Below the pieces are notes generated by a model that made no database searches, had not been told where the DNA came from, and worked only from the letters and a program-made list of their open reading frames with translations. A stretch of 31,266 bases of DNA from a virus (lineage: Duplodnaviria; Caudoviricetes): IMG/VR virus record IMGVR_UViG_3300011334_000170, positions 1 to 31,266 of that record. One strand, written 5' to 3'. Within the stretch, counting starts at the first letter, position 1. Each line of letters begins with the position of its first letter. Positions 15,440 to 24,471 of the stretch are shown piece by piece. The position numbers and the translations under genes were made by a program.

Positions 15440-17801
15440 ATTGTAATACTGGTATTGATATGGTTGTACTTGTCGCTCCTTTAAAGTATTCGATTAAAAT
15501 ATTGTCTTGTCTGTCTACACCGCTTGTATTTATCGGAATAGATATGTTAAGCAATCCATCTTTATAAGTGTTAGCTTTGAAATAAGTTCCGTTTAAAAAT
15601 CCAACGGCTATTTTACTACGCCATAAATCGGACTGGTTTAAGAAAACTTGAATCTCGATATCTTGCTCTGTATTGTCGATAATTAGTTGAGATACATTTG
15701 TATTTCTTAACCCTAAATTAGCATCTGTAAACTGTCTAAAATCGCTTAATAGTTCAAAGGTTGTTTCCTTTGTTATTAGGTCAACTGTCATTGTGTTTAT
15801 AGTGTACCTTTTATTATTATAAATTATTCTGTCGTATAACTGAATATTGTTTACTGTTAATGTATTAAGCATAGCTTTTACAGTTACTTTTCTAGTTCTA
15901 ATATTGTAAAGATTCTCTACATAGTTTGCGTAGTAGGTATCGTATAAACCTTTAGGCGGTGCAGCTTCTGTATTTACAACTCCTAACTCGTTACTAAAAT
16001 TAAAGCCATAAAGCAAAGAAGTATCTGTCCCTGCTATTTCTATTTCATTTGTGAATCTTCTGTATCTATTTGTTGTGAAATCAGAAGCACCAAAACTATA
16101 TTTAATAGTTGGACTTGTACCATCTACATCTAAAACTTTAAACCCATTATCATACATTAAAATAGGCTTTGGAGTGTATGGTTGCGTGTCTTTATTCCAA
16201 AGGGTTGCAGTTACAAAATTGGTTATTGTAGTGCCATCTGTTATTGGTGGTATGTAACGCTCGTACATTATATCCTCAAATGGTAGTTTAACCTCGTAAA
16301 CTTCCGTACTTGTTATGTTTTCATTGGTGTAATCTAAATCGCCATACTCACGATTAAACAAACCACGAAAAGCGTTATTGATTATATTCTCTGACTTTTC
16401 AAATAAGAATTTAATTGACTTGAATATTTTAGGCTTACTAATTTGCTCATCATCAGTCTTGCAATATTTCGTTATATCCAAATATTTGCCACGCTCAAAA
16501 TAAACATCCATTGTTACGAACTCAAAAGAGTTTTCGTTTAAAGGGATAATCATAAGATTGTGCGCTTTCATTATTCCAACTAAAAACGCTTCGATTGTTA
16601 AATCTGGAACATAATTTTGAATGTTTAGATTGCTTGTCGTTGTTTGATTAGTAAAAGGCAAAGTATTATTTGAGTAATAAAACTCAGTAAAAATTCCTGT
16701 AGTAAGTGCATATTGTTTTACTAATTGAAATAAAGAAGTAAAAGTCATCGGAAAAACGGAACTGACTGAAAATGTAAATCTATGTTCAATAAATTGTCCG
16801 TTTACTTGCGGCTCTTGACTTATTTGTTTTTCAAAAAATACAAATCCTTGAAACCCTAAAACGTTTTCGTATGTTTGGTATAAAACACCATTGTCGAAAA
16901 TGGTTAGCGTGTAAGGTATTGCATCATCAGTAGGTGTAATACTTATAAAACCCCTAAAATAATTTGTAGTTGAAACGCTTTGAAATTTAAAAACCATTTC
17001 ATTAGTTGACAAATCATAATAGTCAGAATCAGTAGTTGTAAACATATCGACTTGTATCGGTTCTGTTCTAACACTAAACTCCTCTGCATTTTTTAAAAAT
17101 AACCATAGCTTTCTAAATATCAAACTATCTAAAAATACACCGCTAAAATTAAGGTCGTATCTACTTTGTATGTACTCAAATATTTTCCATACAGGAATAG
17201 CAGGGAATAAAGTCCTTGTATCTATTTCTCCGCTTGCAGTAGTAATATCTGAACCAGTGCCAGTGCCACATTCAAAGCGTCTATTGCTTCCAATTAAAGG
17301 GAACGCTACATAAGGGGTTAAAGTTCCTAATGTTAAAGCGTTATTAATGTTTGTTAAATTATAATCAAAGTTCAATTCGCTATAATCTAAACTATTTAAC
17401 TTATCATCTTTGAATCTATCTTTTATTTGAGTTAGATTGCCAGTAAAATTGATTGTATAACTTTCAATCATATTATTCTTTTTATCGGCTTTCTCTAGCT
17501 GAAATTTTCCAAAGCGAAAAGGTATATCGTCAATCTCTATTCTACCAAAGTATTTTTTGCGTTGGTCAAATCCATTACTAACTGAATTTTCATACCAATA
17601 CGAAAAGATTTTATTGTTGACCGCAGATGCAGGAATCGTAAACGACTTTGAGTAGTCTGTAAATATCTTGCCTAAATCGTTAAAGTTTTGAATAGATGAA
17701 GTAATAGTAATTGTTTCATCCTCAAACAACTCTATTCGTTTTGAAATTGGTGTGAGTACATCGTCAATTAGTTCATCTATGTAAATATAAATTGATACCA
17801 T
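15432..17801 (-). CDS. tail tip / baseplate hub protein (789 aa)
   Basis: ELF.DE.I.IT..IQ…FTDYSKSFTIPAS..N..IF N-terminus; adjacent to the tape measure gene. Confidence 0.65.
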   Translation of the reverse strand: MVSIYIYIDELIDDVLTPISKRIELFEDETITITSSIQNFNDLGKIFTDYSKSFTIPASAVNNKIFSYWYENSVSNGFDQRKKYFGRIEIDDIPFRFGKFQLEKADKKNNMIESYTINFTGNLTQIKDRFKDDKLNSLDYSELNFDYNLTNINNALTLGTLTPYVAFPLIGSNRRFECGTGTGSDITTASGEIDTRTLFPAIPVWKIFEYIQSRYDLNFSGVFLDSLIFRKLWLFLKNAEEFSVRTEPIQVDMFTTTDSDYYDLSTNEMVFKFQSVSTTNYFRGFISITPTDDAIPYTLTIFDNGVLYQTYENVLGFQGFVFFEKQISQEPQVNGQFIEHRFTFSVSSVFPMTFTSLFQLVKQYALTTGIFTEFYYSNNTLPFTNQTTTSNLNIQNYVPDLTIEAFLVGIMKAHNLMIIPLNENSFEFVTMDVYFERGKYLDITKYCKTDDEQISKPKIFKSIKFLFEKSENIINNAFRGLFNREYGDLDYTNENITSTEVYEVKLPFEDIMYERYIPPITDGTTITNFVTATLWNKDTQPYTPKPILMYDNGFKVLDVDGTSPTIKYSFGASDFTTNRYRRFTNEIEIAGTDTSLLYGFNFSNELGVVNTEAAPPKGLYDTYYANYVENLYNIRTRKVTVKAMLNTLTVNNIQLYDRIIYNNKRYTINTMTVDLITKETTFELLSDFRQFTDANLGLRNTNVSQLIIDNTEQDIEIQVFLNQSDLWRSKIAVGFLNGTYFKANTYKDGLLNISIPINTSGVDRQDNILIEYFKGATSTTISIPVLQYA

Positions 17802-18895
17802 TAATTCACATCGTTGATTAAGTTAAACGCATATTCAAACTCCATTTCGTAGTTAATCATTTTATCTTTTAGCCTTGTTTTCTTTTCAATTTGGCGGCTT
17901 GTTAACGTTGCAGGAATATTGTCAATCAATACTGTTTCACTATTGGTTAAGTCTGCTAGTAATTCAATATAGTTTTCATCTACCCATCCAGTATTAACTT
18001 TTATCTTTTGCGTTTGCTCAAAGTTGAAATTCTTTTTTTGCCCTCTTAATGGATTGTAGTCAACACCATCTGCGAGTAAATTATATGCTTTGGCTTTTGT
18101 ATCGTAACTTGTCGAACTTGCTTTGAAGAATGTAAGGTACTGCCACCCACCAAAGTTATTTATAAACGTGCATTTTATCGGAGTGTACAAACAAACATCT
18201 TCGTTTAAGAAGTAAATAAGAGGTTGGTCTGGAACTCCGCCAGAAGTATTTAATCTAACTTGTACGCTATTTCCGTTTTCTTGGCCAGGTGTTTCAGTTC
18301 GATATGGTACTTTCATCATAAAAATACCAGTAATTTCATCCGCTAAATTGATTGCTTTGAAATTTTCAATCGTTGCGCCTGCTAAATTTCTATATCTATA
18401 AATCAAATCATATCCATCGTTCCAATCATAATCAACTAGCACATTAAAATATTGGTTGTTATCCCCTCGTTTTAGCCTTACATCTGGATTTGTTAAACAA
18501 AGAACATCGGTAGTTATATCTTGGTTATAACCACCCATATAATTAGTATAGCCATTAACTGCGACAAATTCTTGAACATCTAATTCAGTCCAATCGTCGT
18601 TTATATCTGCTTTGTAGTAAGTAACTGCAACTGCCTTGCGCCACATATCAAAGTCTTCATCTGTTGGCTCTACGGAAGTAGGTGCTATGTTTTCGATATA
18701 GTCTTTAATGTAAGGCGAAATATTAAAATAACACGATCTGTTTATTGTGTCAGGTATTTGTTTCTCTAACACTATTGTCGGTGTAGCTGGTGCGCTTTCA
18801 TTTCCTTTCCAAATGTATAACTCTACCTTAGTCAATAACTGCGTTGCTTCATCAACTGTTATAGTGTACGGACTTCTAACAAATATTACTTTCAT
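17801..18895 (-). CDS. distal tail-like structural protein (364 aa)
   Basis: RSPY N-terminus, FINNFGGWQ, NTGWVDE, INY..EF.YAF. Confidence 0.6.
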   Translation of the reverse strand: MKVIFVRSPYTITVDEATQLLTKVELYIWKGNESAPATPTIVLEKQIPDTINRSCYFNISPYIKDYIENIAPTSVEPTDEDFDMWRKAVAVTYYKADINDDWTELDVQEFVAVNGYTNYMGGYNQDITTDVLCLTNPDVRLKRGDNNQYFNVLVDYDWNDGYDLIYRYRNLAGATIENFKAINLADEITGIFMMKVPYRTETPGQENGNSVQVRLNTSGGVPDQPLIYFLNEDVCLYTPIKCTFINNFGGWQYLTFFKASSTSYDTKAKAYNLLADGVDYNPLRGQKKNFNFEQTQKIKVNTGWVDENYIELLADLTNSETVLIDNIPATLTSRQIEKKTRLKDKMINYEMEFEYAFNLINDVN

Positions 18896-19437
18896 TTTAT
18901 TTCTTTTAACGTGAACTTTAAAAACGTTTCAACATCTAAACCATATTTTTCAACTATATTTTCATCCAATCTTTTGTAAGATGTTTCAAAGGCTTCTCAG
19001 AAAAACTTTGTTTCGGGTGTACCCTTTAGATAAATGCTTCGGCTAATCATTGACACCATTTGCTTACGTGTCATAAACCGACCATCTGCGCCCCTAGTTC
19101 CTGCAAGTCCTTTGCGTACTACCCATTTATCTATTGATGCTCTTAAACCGCCTTTTTTACCTGTTCCACTTCCAAACTTATAAGGCGAGTTCGGTGCTTT
19201 TGCGCTCGATATTTTACCCTTAACTCCATAATCTAAAAACTTCCAATAGTCCTCTGCATAAAAATCAAACCCAATACTTCGGGGCATTTCTTTTGTTTCA
19301 AACTTTAAAGAGTTGGTCAACTTGTTACTCGTATTGTGTGAACCATATTTGCCTCCTTTCTTTAAGTTAGACTTTGCTCGATCGATAACAAGTTGTCCGA
19401 ACTCATTTAACGCTTGTTGTACATTATCAATCTTCAC
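18892..19437 (-). CDS. tail completion / neck protein; in-frame TGA at 18997-18999 (146 aa, or 181 aa if read through)
   Basis: Basic protein with YWKFLDYGVKG. The frame stays open for 34 codons after the TGA and ends in an ATGA overlap with the next gene. Confidence 0.65.
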
Positions 19438-19888
19438 AACACACGCTCATTTCGTTATTTGGAATTGAAAGTGTAAGTTCAACTTTCCAACCATCTAACA
19501 TATTTGCAAACTCTAAAAGTAAAGGCGATAAATCCGATACGTTTTCAATCTCTATATCGAAATCGTTTCTGCTTAACTGCATCTTGGTTATAGCGTAGTT
19601 AATTATAGCGTGGCAAGTGTTTAAATTGTCAATCTCATTATCGTTGCCCAAGAACTTGTCATTTGATTTTTTTTTGCTTACGTTGCGAATATCTAGCACC
19701 GCTATTTCAAAAGTGAATGTATTACTTTGTGCAGGTGCAGAGGCATTTAAAATATTAATATGCGCTAAAGGAAATATGTTTTTCTTAACGTTATCGATTA
19801 TGTCAGTACCTTGAGTTATCGTATTGATAAAAGGAGCATCTTTTATGCTATCTCTAATGAAGTTTAAACAAGTATAGTATTGGTTCAT
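19427..19888 (-). CDS. putative tail terminator protein
   Basis: TQG…D..K.NIFPLAHI…F.N.LDGW; acidic; located in the tail module. Confidence 0.6.
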   Translation of the reverse strand: MNQYYTCLNFIRDSIKDAPFINTITQGTDIIDNVKKNIFPLAHINILNASAPAQSNTFTFEIAVLDIRNVSKKKSNDKFLGNDNEIDNLNTCHAIINYAITKMQLSRNDFDIEIENVSDLSPLLLEFANMLDGWKVELTLSIPNNEMSVCCED

Positions 19889-20133
19889 CTTTGTTGTTGT
19901 TGTTTAATTTGTCTAGCTTCCTCTTTGCTCTCGTCGATTAAGTAAGATAGTAACGTGAGTGATTCGTGTAAGTCCTCTGCTCCCACTTCTCGAACTCGGA
20001 TTTTAAGTTCTCTTGCAATTCGGATAAAAGATTGATACCAACCCCAACGCTCTCCAAATCCACTCTCTCCATCTCCGCTTTCTTGGGAATAGAGGATAGG
20101 GTATTGCTCAATAATTCCTTGAATAAAGTCCAA
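19885..20133 (-). CDS. -1 frame extension of the tail assembly chaperone (T-like part of a GT fusion)
   Basis: Opens at the T9 run in the -1 frame; YPILY…FGERWGWY; ends with an ATGA overlap to the next gene. Confidence 0.7.
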   Translation of the reverse strand: MDFIQGIIEQYPILYSQESGDGESGFGERWGWYQSFIRIARELKIRVREVGAEDLHESLTLLSYLIDESKEEARQIKQQQQR

Positions 20134-20618
20134 AAAAAAACCATTGCACCACGAACGATATTCATAGGAACATCTTTAAAATTATCCGCTAGTGATTCAT
20201 CACCAGTATAGGGTTCAATCTCATAAAACTCTCCTGCTTTTCTTTTAATAGGTCGATACATTACTGACATCATTAACTCGGTCAATTCATCTTTGCCCAT
20301 ACAAGTGTCAATCGTTGCGTGTTCTCCTAGTGATATGCGTTCCCAATTTGGGATAAATCCGTAGTTAACTCCGTTTAGTTTAAATGTTCTTGTAAGTGCT
20401 GGAGTTTGGTCGAGTGTTTGTGCTATTGTCTTAACAATATCTGCAAACTCCAACGCTGGGATTGTCATTACTTGGGCAATATCTAAGTTGCAGAATATAG
20501 CAACCATTTGAATACAAACATACGTTTCATCATCTGCATTATCCTGCACAACCTTTTGGTATCGTTTGTACTGCGATAGGGTAATCTCTTTTAAATCTGT
20601 GGGTATAACTACTCTCAT
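19938..20618 (-). CDS. tail assembly chaperone (lambda G-like)
   Basis: P..L.EITL.QY…YGFIP…SLGE…LYRP-like motif; contains the T9 slippery run at MVFFW. Confidence 0.7.
   Translation of the reverse strand: MRVVIPTDLKEITLSQYKRYQKVVQDNADDETYVCIQMVAIFCNLDIAQVMTIPALEFADIVKTIAQTLDQTPALTRTFKLNGVNYGFIPNWERISLGEHATIDTCMGKDELTELMMSVMYRPIKRKAGEFYEIEPYTGDESLADNFKDVPMNIVRGAMVFFWTLFKELLSNTLSSIPKKAEMERVDLESVGVGINLLSELQENLKSEFEKWEQRTYTNHSRYYLT
20132..20141 (-). other. programmed -1 frameshift slippery site G TTT TTT TTT
   Basis: Nine A at 20132-20140 on the + strand, which fits the XXXYYYZ pattern. Confidence 0.75.
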
Positions 20619-20647
20619 ACTATTATAACTAAAAAATGTTGTTTTGT
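20619..20647 (-). promoter_or_regulatory. candidate phage late promoter, copy 1
   Basis: ACAAA-ACAACATTT-TTTAGTTA-TAATAGT-ATG. Confidence 0.65.
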
Positions 20648-20648
20648 T

Positions 20649-21914
20649 TTATGTTATTATTACTTTTCGGGTGGGTTTTAATTCAAAATAAATCCGCATC
20701 ATTAAAGCATCGCTATAATCTGGAGATCGGCCTATCTTCTTTTTAATCTCATCTTTGCTAATAATAGCAATTTTTGATGCATCAATTTCTTTGGCCAGCC
20801 TTACCATTTCTAATTCTTCTGTAAGTTGCCTTTCTTGAAATTCGTTGCAGTCAATATACATTTCATTTCTATTTATTACTTCGGCCAATTTGTAATAACA
20901 TTGCGTTTTAAGATTAACAAAGTTTTCTTCCTTGTTGTTATATTTAAGTGGCCTAGCATTATTTGTAAATCCTATGCACTTAAGATAATCTTTAACACCA
21001 CCACCAACTCCATCCTCGTCAACTATTATATTGTTTCGGTTTACGTTGTATTTTGTGGCCAACTCGTTAATTGCATCCACGCTTTGATTGACTGTTGAAA
21101 CTTGCATCTCTATTATTTCGCAAACCCTTAAACCATCCCAAACAAATATAACTGTCTTGTCTTTTCCTAATCGAGCAATATCGGCAGTTATAAATTTAAC
21201 TCCGCTTTCAATATGAACATTTGAGAATAGTTTAATAATGCTTTCATTCATTACTAATTGGCCTACATCTTCTGATTGTTCGGCCATGTAAAGTTCTTTA
21301 AATATCTTTTCGGGCAAATCTCGTTTGGCTTGTAATACTTCCTCCTCTTCAATTATCCCCTCGGCCACCGCATCCCAACATGTAACACGAAAATACTCGT
21401 ACTCTTTATCATTTCGTGCTTTCTCTTTTAGCTTATGCACCCAATTAGATATGCCGCCAAAGTTGCCAATAAGTTTGCAAGGTGCGTTTGTGGATGTTAA
21501 TGTTGAACGCAAAGCAAACCACGCTTCCTCTCTTGCTCTTGGTGCTTCATCAAACACGCAAGCGTAAACATCCTCTCCGTAAAGGTTGTCGGGTTTTTCG
21601 GCCGACTTAAAATGTATTTCAGCACCATTCGGACAATAGATAATTAAATTTGTTTCATTAAACCTATACATCTTTGTGGCCGATAGGTATCTTCTTAATC
21701 GATTAAAAGCTATTTTAGATTGATTAAATACTGGAGCAACCCACCAAAAGTTACGGCCTTGAAAATCTTGCCCCTCGTGTGCTTTTCCGTATAACCAAAT
21801 ACTATGCGAAAACGTTTTACCTACCTTGGTTGATGCCTCGGTAATAGTAAAACGTGCTTTAGAGTTTAATATTCTCTTTTGGTAACTTGTTAATTTTGGT
21901 GGTATTATTTCCAT
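20649..21914 (-). CDS. terL: terminase large subunit
   Basis: YQ adenine-binding motif, Walker A STKVGKT, WVAP..NQS, Walker B FDEA; RNase H-like nuclease ADIARLG.D, DEDGVGGGV, SPDYSDA. Confidence 0.93.
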   Translation of the reverse strand: MEIIPPKLTSYQKRILNSKARFTITEASTKVGKTFSHSIWLYGKAHEGQDFQGRNFWWVAPVFNQSKIAFNRLRRYLSATKMYRFNETNLIIYCPNGAEIHFKSAEKPDNLYGEDVYACVFDEAPRAREEAWFALRSTLTSTNAPCKLIGNFGGISNWVHKLKEKARNDKEYEYFRVTCWDAVAEGIIEEEEVLQAKRDLPEKIFKELYMAEQSEDVGQLVMNESIIKLFSNVHIESGVKFITADIARLGKDKTVIFVWDGLRVCEIIEMQVSTVNQSVDAINELATKYNVNRNNIIVDEDGVGGGVKDYLKCIGFTNNARPLKYNNKEENFVNLKTQCYYKLAEVINRNEMYIDCNEFQERQLTEELEMVRLAKEIDASKIAIISKDEIKKKIGRSPDYSDALMMRIYFELKPTRKVIIT

Positions 21915-22168
21915 TGCGACATATCAACAATCGGGATTGCTCCATCGAGTTCGATTGTTTGGTCTGGTTTTCCTAATGTATATTCAAGATAAAGTTTAGC
22001 TGCTGCAATATCTTGATCGGCTATTGCTTTGTGCTTAACCATATTCAAAACGTTCTTAACATCTTCAGGCGTTTGGCTTTCAGATATTACTTCTCTAAAA
22101 GCGTTTTTCCTTTTGTCAATCCCCTTGGCCTTTGTGCTATGGCCTCCATTTTCTTTTCTTTTATCCAT
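21905..22168 (-). CDS. terS: putative terminase small subunit
   Basis: Directly upstream of and overlapping terL; NGG N-terminus and AAKLYLEY..GKP.Q motif. Confidence 0.6.
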   Translation of the reverse strand: MDKRKENGGHSTKAKGIDKRKNAFREVISESQTPEDVKNVLNMVKHKAIADQDIAAAKLYLEYTLGKPDQTIELDGAIPIVDMSQWK

Positions 22169-22180
22169 AATTAATACAAA

Positions 22181-22468
22181 TTAACTATTAAATAGCTTAT
22201 TTAAATCGTTAGTCATTACTTCAATTACCTTTACGTTGGTGCTATTTGTATTGTCTAAACCGAAGTATTTTAGGTATATTTCAGCTATCTTAGGCTCTGC
22301 ACTATTAAAAGCCTCGCAGTCTTTTACATCTACTTTTCTAATCGGTTTTTTATGTGTCCATCTGTCCATTGCAAAGGCTCTACCCTCACAACTTGAACAG
22401 GTTTCAATTCCTATAGTTTCGGTTACTTTCTTTATAGCTGTTCCGAGTTTTGGTTTTTTACTTGACAT
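22181..22468 (-). CDS. hypothetical protein with CxxC
   Basis: LG..IKKVT…GI..CSSC..R; lies between the sigma factor and terS. Confidence 0.7.
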   Translation of the reverse strand: MSSKKPKLGTAIKKVTETIGIETCSSCEGRAFAMDRWTHKKPIRKVDVKDCEAFNSAEPKIAEIYLKYFGLDNTNSTNVKVIEVMTNDLNKLFNS

Positions 22469-22872
22469 ATTAATTTCTCTTTAACCATTTTATTAATTCT
22501 GTGAACTGTTTGGATATGTATTTCTGTTTGCCTAGAGAATGGTCTTTGTCCTTGCAAGGTTGAGCAAACAAACATCGTTCGTTCATACCAAGTTAGATTT
22601 TTAGCAAGTTCGTGAAACTCTGGCAAAGATACATATTCATCTTCGATAATCTCAAACCTTGTAAAGTCATCAATTAGTATTTCTTTTGTCTTTAAACTAT
22701 CGTAGAATAGATTTCTAAGGATGGTGTAAATATAAGAACTTTTGCAATCTTTAAACGTATGCGCTTTTAAATACATTTCCTGCACAATCTCGTCGGCAAG
22801 GTCTTTGTCTTTCGTTAATCTGAAAGCCATCTCTCTCCATTCGCTATCTCGTTGTGCAAGTTGTTCGATCAT
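22432..22872 (-). CDS. ECF-like RNA polymerase sigma factor (candidate late-gene activator)
   Basis: Region-2-like A..L..D.DLADEIVQEMYLK…YIYTILRNLFYD; region-4-like LTWYER…R..SRQTEI…TV. Confidence 0.75.
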   Translation of the reverse strand: MIEQLAQRDSEWREMAFRLTKDKDLADEIVQEMYLKAHTFKDCKSSYIYTILRNLFYDSLKTKEILIDDFTRFEIIEDEYVSLPEFHELAKNLTWYERTMFVCSTLQGQRPFSRQTEIHIQTVHRINKMVKEKLICQVKNQNSEQL

Positions 22873-23109
22873 CTAATTACATATCTTTTCCCCTAATCTA
22901 TGAATCCCTACTAAATCTCTTTGTCTTTGCGCTCCTGTACAATCGTTTGCTAATATTGCTACAGTCCAAACATAACCGCTTGGTAGATGAAACGTGTCGG
23001 CTCTTAAAATTGTTTCGCAGGAGCAGTTTGCAGGTTCTTCTTGTCTAGCTTGCTCATCTGTCGAACAGGAAGCGAACGCTATTGCTAATATAAATAAAAT
23101 TCTTTTCAT
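22873..23109 (-). CDS. small Cys-rich lipoprotein
   Basis: MKRILFILAIAFAS-C lipobox plus four further Cys. Confidence 0.75.
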   Translation of the reverse strand: MKRILFILAIAFASCSTDEQARQEEPANCSCETILRADTFHLPSGYVWTVAILANDCTGAQRQRDLVGIHRLGEKICN

Positions 23110-23121
23110 AAGTCAAATGTA

Positions 23122-23331
23122 TTAATTAATTTCTAAAGTTTTACTTTTTATTCTATCTCTTACCCAGTCGGTAACATTTGACTTTGGATCTAGGTCGATA
23201 ACCTCATCAAATTCTGTTCCGTCTAAATCGGATTTTCTAGCTATTTGCCTAGCATCCATAAAAGTTAATGAATTTTGTAGTAGGTATAGTTGATATACTT
23301 TTTGGTCTGTTGTAATTACTGCTTTTTTCAT
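23122..23331 (-). CDS. hypothetical protein (69 aa)
   Basis: ORF track; ATGA coupling. Confidence 0.7.
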   Translation of the reverse strand: MKKAVITTDQKVYQLYLLQNSLTFMDARQIARKSDLDGTEFDEVIDLDPKSNVTDWVRDRIKSKTLEIN

Positions 23332-23543
23332 TTTTCTATCTCTTTTAATTGGTTTTCTCTAATATTTTTTATTTCTCGTTGTAGGTAGTCAACTGCCTTT
23401 TCTAAATCTTGTAACTCGTTTTGCTTTTTCCCTGCTCTGCAAATGTATTTTAAAACATTAAAACGGAAGAAATTAAGGTTGTAATGTGTTCCAACATCGA
23501 TAAGGTCGTAATCTTTTCCTGAGGTGTAGTGTATTGGTGTCAT
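23328..23543 (-). CDS. DUF3310-like phage protein
   Basis: P.HY…ID…F…NVLKY..RAGKK…DLEKA..YL. Confidence 0.85.
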   Translation of the reverse strand: MTPIHYTSGKDYDLIDVGTHYNLNFFRFNVLKYICRAGKKQNELQDLEKAVDYLQREIKNIRENQLKEIEK

Positions 23544-23761
23544 AATCCTTTTTCTTTTTTGTAAATTTCTAATAGTTCATTCATTGGCGTGTAATAAGTT
23601 TTACTGCAATTTACCCACTCCGAAAATCCAATAGCAAATTCATCTGATATTTTTTCTAAGTTATTAATACTTAAATTATAATTATCAATATCTTTTTGCG
23701 TTGGACTTACTTCTAAAGGCATTTCTTGAACTTGGTCTGTTATTTTTTCTTTTAGTGTCAT
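23540..23761 (-). CDS. hypothetical phage protein (…DEFAIGFSEW…ELLEIYKKEKGL)
   Basis: ORF track; ATGA coupling. Confidence 0.75.
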   Translation of the reverse strand: MTLKEKITDQVQEMPLEVSPTQKDIDNYNLSINNLEKISDEFAIGFSEWVNCSKTYYTPMNELLEIYKKEKGL

Positions 23762-23764
23762 AAG

Positions 23765-24031
23765 TTATTTATTAAATTTGTCGTTGTAGTATTGTTCTCC
23801 AAAAGTTATAGTTTGTGTATTAGCAAATTCTAACATTTCATCCATACTCATTTTATCAACTTTATCATTGTGTAAATGTTGCTTAATAGCACAACTATTT
23901 CCAGCATCAATTATCTGTTGCTTTTCCATTTCTTTGGCTTGTTGAAATATCTTATTAGTTATAGGCATATTTTTACTAAATACTAAATCATTTATTCCTA
24001 GTTCTTTTACTAACCATTGTACTGCTGTCAT
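23765..24031 (-). CDS. hypothetical phage protein (TAVQWL…AKEMEKQQIIDA)
   Basis: ORF track; tightly packed with neighbours. Confidence 0.75.
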   Translation of the reverse strand: MTAVQWLVKELGINDLVFSKNMPITNKIFQQAKEMEKQQIIDAGNSCAIKQHLHNDKVDKMSMDEMLEFANTQTITFGEQYYNDKFNK

Positions 24032-24032
24032 C

Positions 24033-24278
24033 TTATTTCTTTTTTAAATTCATTAATATTGTCGCTCTCTGACTTGCACAGCTTAATTTATGATTGTTTT
24101 CATTTTGTCCGCAGTATTTACATTTACCATTATGCCAAAATAAATCGCAGTTGTAAGCATCGCATTCTCTATTGGTGTTGATGTAACTTTGTCTAAATTC
24201 ATTTACTGGCGCAGTAAAACGATAACAAATAGTTTTGGAAGGGCAAAGGTGGTCTTTGCATTTACTTATATCAGCCAT
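24033..24278 (-). CDS. Cys-rich small phage protein (MADISKC…CP….CYRF)
   Basis: ORF track; 8 Cys, probably Zn-binding. Confidence 0.75.
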   Translation of the reverse strand: MADISKCKDHLCPSKTICYRFTAPVNEFRQSYINTNRECDAYNCDLFWHNGKCKYCGQNENNHKLSCASQRATILMNLKKK

Positions 24279-24471
24279 TTTTAAATAGTTTTATTTTATT
24301 GAATTTATCTTTTGTTACAATATACCCCAGTGCTTCATAAAGTTTAATATATCGATATACTGTTCTATTATTTACATTTAAATATCTTGCTATCGTATGC
24401 ATATTTCGTGGTTTTTCCTGCAAAAATTCCATCATCCTAATGCACCTGTACATTTTGTGCTGGTTCATCAT
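24271..24471 (-). CDS. winged helix-turn-helix DNA-binding protein
   Basis: IARYLNVNNRTVYRYIKLYEALGY. Confidence 0.8.
   Translation of the reverse strand: MMNQHKMYRCIRMMEFLQEKPRNMHTIARYLNVNNRTVYRYIKLYEALGYIVTKDKFNKIKLFKNG

Noticed and set aside
18997-18999. Genome-wide TGA or TAG stop-codon reassignment
   Set aside because: Many genes end in TGA with ATGA coupling, or in TAG next to the following start. Long genes are intact in the standard code, and only one internal TGA was seen.
22169-22200. Fourth copy of the late-promoter motif before terS
   Set aside because: Only TAGTTA is present; the spacing to ATG is wrong and there is no ACAAA.
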